From NCBI GenBank assembly GCA_963703315.1, contig OY969811.1:928001-992000 (forward strand): 64,000 bases of DNA, read 5' to 3'. A program made the position numbers and the translations under genes. The stretch is from an uncultured cyanobacterium. GTDB taxonomy: Bacteria > Cyanobacteriota > Cyanobacteriia > Pseudanabaenales > Pseudanabaenaceae. Below the pieces are notes generated by a model. That model ran no database searches and had not been told where the DNA came from. It saw only the letters and a list, made by a program, of their open reading frames with translations. Position 1 is the stretch's first letter. Every line of letters starts with the position of its first letter. Positions 40,014-48,367 of this stretch are shown one piece after another.

Positions 40014-41261
40014 ATGCGTAGTGATAGTAACCAGACTTTGCAACAGTTTCCCTTTGATTTTAATTATTTGCCTACACCTGCCTATCTCGTGGGGGGATGG
40101 GTGCGCGATCGCCTATTAAAGCGACAAGGTAAATATCTTGATCTTGATTTTGTATTACCAGAAAAAGCAGTGGAAATTGCTCAGGTGATCGCGCGTAAGT
40201 ATAAAGCAGGTTTTGTCGTGCTAGATGCGGAGCGACAAATTGCTAGAGTTGTATTTAAAGATGGAACCGCAGATTTTGCTCAGCAAATGGGGGCTACTTT
40301 AGAGGCAGATTTGGGACGGCGCGATTTTTGTATGAATTCGATCGCGATCGAATGTCATCAACTAACACAAGAGATTTGTTCACCAAAGATAGAAGAACTA
40401 TTTATTGATCCTTTTGATGGTATTGGAGATTTACGAGCAAAGAAAATTAGGATGGTTGCTCCTGAAAATCTAGCAGAAGATCCATTGCGGATTTTGCGGG
40501 GATATCGACAGGCGGCACAATTAGGATTTGAGATTGAAGATTTAACTCGACAGGTTTTGATCAAACTTGCACCAAAGCTAAAGTCTATGGCGGCTGAACG
40601 AGTGCTGACAGAATTGGCTTATCTTCTATCAATTAAGAATGGTAGTTCATGGATGCTTAAAGCAATTGATGATCAAGTTTTAGAAAGTTGGTTACCATCT
40701 CAATATTTAAACTTGGAACGATTTGCCAAAATTGAAAATGCGATCTCTATGCTATTGGCAAGATTTCCACACCTCGAATTATTTTTTAGTAAACACTTGG
40801 CAGGCGATCGCGAAGCTTTAGTAATTGTCAAAATCGCAGCTTTAACCAATAGTATCAATGCCCTTGAGCATTTAGGCATGAGCCGCGCTGAGCAACGTTG
40901 GTTAGTTGGAATTTTGCGGCATTTACCTCAGTTTATTGAGCTATTAGCTGATGTTTCTCCCAAAGCTCAATACCAGTTTTTTCAGTCCACCCTAGAGTTT
41001 TTTCCTGCGATCGCTTCTCTCGCTTTGGCTAGTAATTATGATTTAGATCAGATTTCGCCTTGGTTAGAGCGTTGGCTCAATCCCCATGATCCGATCGTCT
41101 ATCCGATCGCCTTAATTACAGGTGATGATCTGCGGAATGAATTAGGAGTTCCGCCTAGTCCGAAGATTGGCGAACTTCTCGAAAGTGTCAAGATTGCTCA
41201 AGTGGAAGGTCAGATTCACAATAGAGAAGAGGCGATCGCTTTTATCCAATCGATTTTATGA
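40014..41261 (+). CDS. tRNA nucleotidyltransferase, probably CC-adding type
   Basis: VGG.VRD, DLD, RRDF, D.F.G..DL, EDPLR.LR; loop before RRDF is short. Confidence 0.85.
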   Translation: MRSDSNQTLQQFPFDFNYLPTPAYLVGGWVRDRLLKRQGKYLDLDFVLPEKAVEIAQVIARKYKAGFVVLDAERQIARVVFKDGTADFAQQMGATLEADLGRRDFCMNSIAIECHQLTQEICSPKIEELFIDPFDGIGDLRAKKIRMVAPENLAEDPLRILRGYRQAAQLGFEIEDLTRQVLIKLAPKLKSMAAERVLTELAYLLSIKNGSSWMLKAIDDQVLESWLPSQYLNLERFAKIENAISMLLARFPHLELFFSKHLAGDREALVIVKIAALTNSINALEHLGMSRAEQRWLVGILRHLPQFIELLADVSPKAQYQFFQSTLEFFPAIASLALASNYDLDQISPWLERWLNPHDPIVYPIALITGDDLRNELGVPPSPKIGELLESVKIAQVEGQIHNREEAIAFIQSIL

Positions 41262-41285
41262 CTGGTGTTACGCAGAAGCTACTAA

Positions 41286-41387
41286 GCCCCTCACCCCTAG
41301 CCCCTCTCCCAAAAAGGGCGAGGGGAAAAAGAAAAATCTTTTACTCCCCTTCTCCCGTTCTGGGAGAAGGGGTTGGGGGATGAGGGC
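41286..41387. repeat. CCCTCACCCC/CCCCTCTCCC composite inverted repeat
   Basis: outer GCCC(C)TCACCCCTAGCCCCTCTCCC / GGGAGAAGGGGTTGGGGGATGAGGGC with two inner hairpins; half copies near 28615-28653 and 61960-61996. Confidence 0.7.
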
Positions 41388-41400
41388 AATTCAGACTTAC

Positions 41401-43854
41401 CTAGAGTCCATTGCCAATTAGAAAGAAAGCAGACCAAAAGTAAGGATGATCGAATGGTTCACCACCTCGGATCAATGATATCTGCGCTAATCGTAATGCC
41501 TCTGTTGCCGAAATACCTTTCTTCAGATTGGCATAAAAGGCATCCATAAGCTTCTGAGTACCACCATCATTAACCGTCCATAGAGATGCGATTACGGCTC
41601 TAGCACCAACATTTTGAAATTGATAGCCCAATCCTAGTACTTCTGTCCCATCACCCAATTTGCCGCCGATTCCTGTCTCGCAAGCACTCAAAACCACTAA
41701 GTCCACACCCTTGAGTACCCAAGTCTCAATCTCTCTCAGAGTCAGGCGATCGCTATCTCCAAAGATCAGAAAAGATTCATCTGGTGTACCTATATTGAAA
41801 GAACCATGAGTTGCTAAATGGATGATCGAACTAGAATCTGCGCCTGTCTTGGTTGAGGTTTTTGTAAAGGTTTTGTCAACTAACTCCGTCACATTCGGGA
41901 AGATACTGACAATATTTTTTATTTCTTGTTGGGTGGCAGGAATGGCACTAAAGGAAATAGGTTTACCCAGCACATTCACACTGTGGGCGATCGTTGAAGC
42001 ACCAGCTAGCACTTTGGTTTGATTGGTTACAGGTCGATTAAAATTTGTCAGAGAAGTGGCGGTAATGTTGTTGATACTATATTTTTCAACTAAGAACTGT
42101 TTGCCATCATAAAGAGTCGCAATGGGAATATAGCGCAATCGACTATCAGGAGCGTAGATAATCGTCTTTACATTCGACTGTTGTAGTTCAGCTTCGATAG
42201 GCGCAATCATCCACTTATAGAACTGTTGAGAAGTATCTTTAAAATCAAAATTACTACCATCTTGTAATTCCGCTCGAAATTTTTCGACAGCAGCGCTAAT
42301 ATCTCTTTGTCTGACTTGAACTGCACGATGGATTGGCGGAGCCGAAGGTGTAATTAAGACGATCTCCAGTCTACTCTCTAGCACCAGTGGATAAATGATC
42401 ACGGCATTTAACTGCTTGAGTTGTTTTTGGAGACTAACGATCGCCTTGAGATTGACATTTTGCTGCTGGATATCGTTATTCAACTCAGTGGTTAACTTCT
42501 TGACTTCTTCACTATTCAGAAAAGCATTGAATTGTCGATTTGCTTCTTTCTCTTGGTTGACTAGATAGGTCAATCGCTCCTTTTGTTTAGCGGTTAACTT
42601 GCCTTGATTCTCCAGTATTTGCAAATCAGAGAGTTCTTTATTCAAGTTAATCATTTGCATTTCGACAGGCTGATACTCTACTCCTTTAGCCGTTTGTTCA
42701 TTCCCACGCACATTTTTGAGATAGTCATCCACTTCCTGCACTTTTAGCAGATCAAGTACCTGCTGTGCCTCGATCACCCGATCCTGTTGTAATAGCAAAT
42801 CCGCAAGGCGACGATAGACTGGCGCAATTGTATTGGCGTAGAGCTTCTGCTCTTGCCTTGTGAGTGAGTTCAGATCTTTCCGAATCTCTTCATAGATATT
42901 CACCGATTGCTTGAGATAGGCGATCGCCAAAACATTTTGTTTTCGTTCAGCAAGAAGCGCACCAATATGCTGATAGAGTTTTGCCTCTCCTGCGCGATCA
43001 CCTGTCTGACGACTAACAGCTAGAGCCTGCTGATAGTAACCGAGAGCAATTTCAAACTGTCCTTGACTGTTATACAGAAGTCCAATATTACCGAGAGTGA
43101 CACTTTCATTTATGCGATCTGCCAACTTCTGACTAATTTCTAGAGATTGTTGATAGTTCTTGAATGCTTCAGCATTAAACCCGCGCTCATTCAACAAAAA
43201 TCCAATATTGTTGAGAATTACGGCTTCACCTGCGGGATTTTTTCCTGATTCTTTGGTCAAGGCTAGAGCTTGACGATAATAATCGAGAGAATTGGCATAT
43301 TCTTTGTTATTGCGATAGACCAACCCCAAATTATTAATTGTTCTGGCAATACCAAAGCGATCGCCTAATTTTTGTTGAATCTTGAGAGCTTCTTGATACA
43401 GTTTGATCGAGCGGTCAAACTGCCCCAAATTGCGGTAGACAATGCCCATATTGTTGCGAATGCTACTTTCGCCCAATAGATCTTTGGTGTCTTGGCTAAT
43501 TTTCAAAGCTTTTTCGTATGCTTCGATCGCCCTGACAAACTGTCCGAGATCATTGTAAACAGAGGCAATACTATTTAATGCTTGAGCTTGCCCTGCGCGA
43601 TCGCCCTGTCCTTCATACAATTTTAGCGATCGCTGAAAAGCTTCTAGGGCTGGGGTGAGTTGTCCTTTTTTTTGTAGCTCATTGCCATTGGCTTGGAAAA
43701 TGTCAGCATCTGATGACTTTGCCTTGAAATTATTGGTCGAACTTTCTTCGGCACTAATTTGGGCATTTGCCGCAATAGAACCTATACAAACTATAGAAAT
43801 TGGGATCAAACTAAGAGAAGCACATAAACCTTTGTGTAAAGCCTTAAAAATCAT
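41401..43854 (-). CDS. TPR-CHAT (caspase-like) domain protein with signal peptide
   Basis: about 7 TPRs; IIHLATHG and VLSACET dyad; HPYFWSAF.LIGN end. Confidence 0.93.
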   Translation of the reverse strand: MIFKALHKGLCASLSLIPISIVCIGSIAANAQISAEESSTNNFKAKSSDADIFQANGNELQKKGQLTPALEAFQRSLKLYEGQGDRAGQAQALNSIASVYNDLGQFVRAIEAYEKALKISQDTKDLLGESSIRNNMGIVYRNLGQFDRSIKLYQEALKIQQKLGDRFGIARTINNLGLVYRNNKEYANSLDYYRQALALTKESGKNPAGEAVILNNIGFLLNERGFNAEAFKNYQQSLEISQKLADRINESVTLGNIGLLYNSQGQFEIALGYYQQALAVSRQTGDRAGEAKLYQHIGALLAERKQNVLAIAYLKQSVNIYEEIRKDLNSLTRQEQKLYANTIAPVYRRLADLLLQQDRVIEAQQVLDLLKVQEVDDYLKNVRGNEQTAKGVEYQPVEMQMINLNKELSDLQILENQGKLTAKQKERLTYLVNQEKEANRQFNAFLNSEEVKKLTTELNNDIQQQNVNLKAIVSLQKQLKQLNAVIIYPLVLESRLEIVLITPSAPPIHRAVQVRQRDISAAVEKFRAELQDGSNFDFKDTSQQFYKWMIAPIEAELQQSNVKTIIYAPDSRLRYIPIATLYDGKQFLVEKYSINNITATSLTNFNRPVTNQTKVLAGASTIAHSVNVLGKPISFSAIPATQQEIKNIVSIFPNVTELVDKTFTKTSTKTGADSSSIIHLATHGSFNIGTPDESFLIFGDSDRLTLREIETWVLKGVDLVVLSACETGIGGKLGDGTEVLGLGYQFQNVGARAVIASLWTVNDGGTQKLMDAFYANLKKGISATEALRLAQISLIRGGEPFDHPYFWSAFFLIGNGL

Positions 43855-43959
43855 ATTTCTTTATTTATTTGCTTACAAACTAAATAATCATGAATAATAG
43901 AGTACATCCATCTGAAATTAAATAAAATTGTCAATCATATAGCAATCGCCATTTGTAGC

Positions 43960-44152
43960 AAGTAGCTAAGCAATACCAATTCAAAAAAATGGCGTTGCCA
44001 TTTTTTTGAATCTCAAAACCTTACTCGGTTTATTTTTTAATTCATTTTGGTGCATTTTATAAATATTAAATATAAAACCCCAAAACCTGTGGCGCACGCT
44101 GCGCGTGCGCCACAGGTTTTGGCTCTGGTTTTTAATTAGGCCCAGCTACTTA
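43960..44152. mobile_element. nested MITEs: family B inside family A
   Basis: AAGTAGCTAAGC, then family B copy (43973-44052), then rest of family A ending GCCCAGCTACTTA. Confidence 0.6.
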
Positions 44153-44243
44153 AGCCAAATAATTAAGCCTTTCTACTTATCAATTTGACAAGTTAAAAAT
44201 TTTAGAATTACTTATAATTTTTGATCAATTTAAGGATTTTATT

Positions 44244-46082
44244 GTGTCAATATTTTCAATCTACCGTCGCGTCATCTTGAGGTGGATATCACTATTCTGC
44301 ATTGGCTTAGTGATGTCATTTCTTTTCGTTAGTCCCGCTAAGCCCCAAAACCAGAGCAATTGCATCAAAATCCCAGAAGTCCCTGTGAGTAGTGCGGAAG
44401 CGATCGAAAAAAGTAGACGCATTGCCGTATTAATTCAGGCGGATCGGTTGATTCAGAGTAATAACCTTGCGGAAGCGGTCAAACTACAACAAACAGTAAA
44501 GAAGCCGATTCCCAATGTGGCTGCTCCTAGTCCGCCCACTCGCAATGTGGATAATCTGGAGAGTGGCGCTAAGGTCTATTGGCAAAATGGAGAAGAAGGG
44601 CTAGAAAGCGGACTACCCACTAAAGCCTTAATTTCTCTCGAAAAATTATCTAATAATTATCCCGAATTCATTCCTGGGCATATCAAGTTTGCAGAAGCTT
44701 CCCTACGTTGGAATCAACCAGATAATGCCATCAAAACCTTAGATCGAGCCTATGGTATTTACCCAGATCGTGTGGATTTATTGGAGCCATTACTAAAGTT
44801 ACTCACATCCAAGAAAATGGAAGTAGAAGCTTCGATCGCATCCCGTCAGTTTGCGCTTAACTATCCAGAACATCCCGATGCTGCTAAGTATAAGAAGTTG
44901 GCTGATGATTACATGAATCAGTTCATCAATGATTTTAAGAATGATTCGCTAGTTACGTCAATTCTTTCTGGCGATCGCAAAGTCATTGAGCAAATTTTTA
45001 AAGGAGAATCTGGATTTGGTGAGGAGAATGCAGCAGATTTAAAGAAAGGTCTATCTTTAGTCGATGATCCTAAACTTACCGAATATATTAATAGAATTGG
45101 ACAGAAGTTAGCCAAGCTCTCAGGTCGAGATGATTTTAAGTATGAGTTCTATATCGTACAGGATAACTCTCTCAATGCCTTTGCCTTACCTGGAGGGAAG
45201 ATCTTCATTAATACAGGCACGATCGCTGATATGGAATCTGAAGCAGAGTTAGCAGGTATCCTCAGCCATGAAATTGCTCATACAGTCTTTTCCCATAGTT
45301 ATCTAAAAGTTATTACCGACACGAAGGCGAGACTTCTCAAAAAAGTGGGACTGATTAACACAGTTCTCGAATATCTCAAGCCAGAATTTGGATTTAGCCG
45401 ATCGCTGGAACAACAAGCCGATTTTCTAGGAACTCGCATTCTCGCATCGGCTGGCTATTCTGCCGATGGCTTGTATCGTGTATTTGAAAGATGGCGTGGT
45501 TATGAGAAAGATCGCAAGACAGGCTGGCTAGATACGCATCCTGCATCTTCAGAGCGTGTACGATATTTGCAAGAAGCTGTCCAGAATCGCAACTACAACC
45601 GCTATTCCATAGAGAATATCGAAGCTCTAATTGCGGCGCGTGGAGCATTTTGCAAGTCAGAAGTCAAAAAAGATCAACCCGTTCCTACTTCCGCGATCGC
45701 TACGCCAAATCCCAGTGATAAGAAGCCAGTTTTAGGTCAAGTATCTGTGGTAGCAGGGCAAACTAACGATAATGTGAGCATTAACATCAATGGAGGTAAG
45801 GTTGAGTCGAGCGGTCGTTACATCCTGAATGTGGAAATTATCAACAATAGTAAAGAACCCTTTGGATTTGTGCCTATATTTGTGGAAGTAACCAATGCAG
45901 AAGGAAAGAAAGTGTCGGCACAGTTCATCAGTGCGTCTGGCAAAAACCTAGTGAATGCAGGAGAAACAGCCAAAGCAACCCTTTCAATTTTCCGCCAACC
46001 TTGGCGAGATGGTGATCAAGGTTTAGTCTGGAAAATCACTGAAAACACTGGTGGAGGTCGAGTATTTCGGATTCCGTTCTAA
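44244..46082 (+). CDS. M48 family metallopeptidase with TPR-like N-terminus and extra C-terminal domain
   Basis: NAFALPGG, HEIAH, FSR..E..AD, THP...ER. Confidence 0.9.
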   Translation: MSIFSIYRRVILRWISLFCIGLVMSFLFVSPAKPQNQSNCIKIPEVPVSSAEAIEKSRRIAVLIQADRLIQSNNLAEAVKLQQTVKKPIPNVAAPSPPTRNVDNLESGAKVYWQNGEEGLESGLPTKALISLEKLSNNYPEFIPGHIKFAEASLRWNQPDNAIKTLDRAYGIYPDRVDLLEPLLKLLTSKKMEVEASIASRQFALNYPEHPDAAKYKKLADDYMNQFINDFKNDSLVTSILSGDRKVIEQIFKGESGFGEENAADLKKGLSLVDDPKLTEYINRIGQKLAKLSGRDDFKYEFYIVQDNSLNAFALPGGKIFINTGTIADMESEAELAGILSHEIAHTVFSHSYLKVITDTKARLLKKVGLINTVLEYLKPEFGFSRSLEQQADFLGTRILASAGYSADGLYRVFERWRGYEKDRKTGWLDTHPASSERVRYLQEAVQNRNYNRYSIENIEALIAARGAFCKSEVKKDQPVPTSAIATPNPSDKKPVLGQVSVVAGQTNDNVSININGGKVESSGRYILNVEIINNSKEPFGFVPIFVEVTNAEGKKVSAQFISASGKNLVNAGETAKATLSIFRQPWRDGDQGLVWKITENTGGGRVFRIPF

Positions 46083-46143
46083 TTTGCTTTAAAAAAGCCT
46101 TGCAAAGCAAGGCTTTTTTAAATTATTTACTTCGATTTAATAC

Positions 46144-46180
46144 TTGCGATCGGCTTGAGAAGATAGATTGTTAATGCGAT
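46144..46180 (+). repeat. 37-bp direct repeat, left copy
   Basis: TTGCGATCGGCTTGAGAAGATAGATTGTTAATGCGAT; 36/37 identical to 48142-48178. Confidence 0.9.
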
Positions 46181-46330
46181 CAAGTTTGAATTAGAGTAAA
46201 ATCTGCGGTAATTTGCCCTTAAATAACGAAACTAAATCACAGTTGTGTTATAAATTTTATAATTGTGAAGCTTAAGAATGCGGTATCCAATTTTTCAAGC
46301 ATCAATAAATTAAACTTTCAGGAATCTTAA

Positions 46331-48049
46331 ATGTCATTTCAAATCCCAATCACTATTTCTGCTGCAATTAAAAATATTGAAAATAACCAATATTTACTTC
46401 CTGCTATTCAACGTGAATTTGTGTGGAGCCACGAAAAAATAGAATGGTTGTTTGATTCAATAATGAGAAATTATCCCATAAGTTCATTTTTGTTTTGGCG
46501 GGTTGAAGGTGACACTAGGAGAGACTATAAGTTTTATCAATTCCTTAAAAATTTTAAGCAACGGTACGCAACTCATAATAACGAGTTCTCAACCACTGGT
46601 CACAACGATTTTACAGCAGTGCTTGACGGTCAGCAACGTTTGACATCTCTTTATATAGGACTTTGTGGAAGTTATGCATACCGAACACCAAGACTCCATG
46701 AAGAAAATAATGAGCGCGTCTATCCAACTAGACACCTATATTTGAATATTGAGAATCCGTTAGAAAATGAGGAAGATGGAAGAGATTTTGAATTTAAGTT
46801 TTTGAAGAAAAAAGAATTTGAGTCAAACAAAGCAAAGTGGTTTAAGGTTTCTGAAATTCTCGCTCTTGCGGATGATTTTGAGTTCAATAGATATCTTGAT
46901 AATCACAGTCTAAAAACAAATGAATTTTCATATAGAACTCTGGCGACGTTAAAGAATGTAATTCACTCAAAGCCAACCATAAACTTCTTCCTCGAAACAG
47001 AGCAAAGTCTTGATAAAGCGCTGAACATTTTCATAAGAATAAACAGTGGGGGTGAACCACTAAATTTTTCAGATTTGCTCATGTCCATTGCTGTGGCTAA
47101 TTGGAAAAGCAAAGATGCACGAAAAGAAATTCATACACTGGTCGATAACGTCAGAGAAAAAGGATTTTCAATTTCAAAAGATTTCATCTTGAAGACTTTT
47201 TTGTATCTGTACAGCAAAGACATTAAATTTAAGGTTACAAATTTCTCAAAAGAAAATGCCAAGGAGTTTGAAAACGAATGGGATAAAATTCGAGATGCAA
47301 TCCTTTCGGTATTCGATCTTGTAAGATCATTTGGATTTTCTGATTCGACATTAACATCAAAAAATGCGTTGATTCCAATAATTTACTACATTTACCATAA
47401 AAATATATACAAAGACTTTCACACCAAAATTGCATATGAAAGCGATAGAAATACCATTAAAAAATGGCTCCACGTGGCTTTGGTTAAGCGAATTTTTGGC
47501 GGGACATCGGATAGTGTTCTTAGTCAAATTCGCAGGGCATTCACTAGCGATGTATCGATAGCAGCTATTGAATCCCATACTCTAGGATTTCCTGTAAGTA
47601 GCATCAATGAAAACACAAAAAAAGATATGGGGATTACGGATGAATTCATCACAGACATCTTACTGACCCAAAAAGATGACATGTATGCCTTCTCTATATT
47701 GGCATTGTTATATCCGAATCTTGACTATAAAAACAACGACTTCAATAAAGATCATATACATCCAGCGAATAAGTTCGGCGACCTTTCAGTTGCTGACAAA
47801 GAAAAATATGGATGGGCGACTTACAACTCTATTTTGAATCTTCAAATGCTGGATGCTAATGAGAACAAGTCAAAACAGGATAAAGATCTGTTAACTTGGG
47901 TCAATTTACAATTAGAGAAACAAGATCGATTCATATTTCTGAACAGCCATTTGATTCCAGATGTTAGCTTTGAAATTAAGGATTTCGGATCATTTATTGA
48001 AGCTCGAAGATTCATCTTGATTGACAAGCTTAAACAGATTTTGAGTTAA
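46331..48049 (+). CDS. DUF262 + HNH-like (GmrSD-type) putative modification-dependent restriction protein
   Basis: IQREFVW, DGQQR, FIRINSGG; C-terminal DHIHP..NLQML...N; AT-rich, no HIP1 site. Confidence 0.85.
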   Translation: MSFQIPITISAAIKNIENNQYLLPAIQREFVWSHEKIEWLFDSIMRNYPISSFLFWRVEGDTRRDYKFYQFLKNFKQRYATHNNEFSTTGHNDFTAVLDGQQRLTSLYIGLCGSYAYRTPRLHEENNERVYPTRHLYLNIENPLENEEDGRDFEFKFLKKKEFESNKAKWFKVSEILALADDFEFNRYLDNHSLKTNEFSYRTLATLKNVIHSKPTINFFLETEQSLDKALNIFIRINSGGEPLNFSDLLMSIAVANWKSKDARKEIHTLVDNVREKGFSISKDFILKTFLYLYSKDIKFKVTNFSKENAKEFENEWDKIRDAILSVFDLVRSFGFSDSTLTSKNALIPIIYYIYHKNIYKDFHTKIAYESDRNTIKKWLHVALVKRIFGGTSDSVLSQIRRAFTSDVSIAAIESHTLGFPVSSINENTKKDMGITDEFITDILLTQKDDMYAFSILALLYPNLDYKNNDFNKDHIHPANKFGDLSVADKEKYGWATYNSILNLQMLDANENKSKQDKDLLTWVNLQLEKQDRFIFLNSHLIPDVSFEIKDFGSFIEARRFILIDKLKQILS

Positions 48050-48141
48050 GCAGACATTCGCAATGCCCCTGTGATCACATTCTATACAAAACTTGGTGTG
48101 CGTGAAGATGAGCTTCATTTTGACATTGCTGTTGATAGTAA

Positions 48142-48178
48142 TTGCGATCGCCTTGAGAAGATAGATTGTTAATGCGAT
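48142..48178 (+). repeat. 37-bp direct repeat, right copy (contains intact HIP1)
   Basis: TTGCGATCGCCTTGAGAAGATAGATTGTTAATGCGAT. Confidence 0.9.
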
Positions 48179-48367
48179 GACTTTTTGGCTGTTGAAATGG
48201 AGAATTAGGCGATTTTGTTTCGGGGAGATCAGACAAGATAAACGGCTCAATGCTTTTAATGACAGGTGTTTCAGAGATCGAAGACCTCCGAGGCTAAAAC
48301 TATTGCACATCAAGAATTTCAGCTATTTAAGCTAAAGCAACTTCCCGAAACACCTATTGAGCCAATA

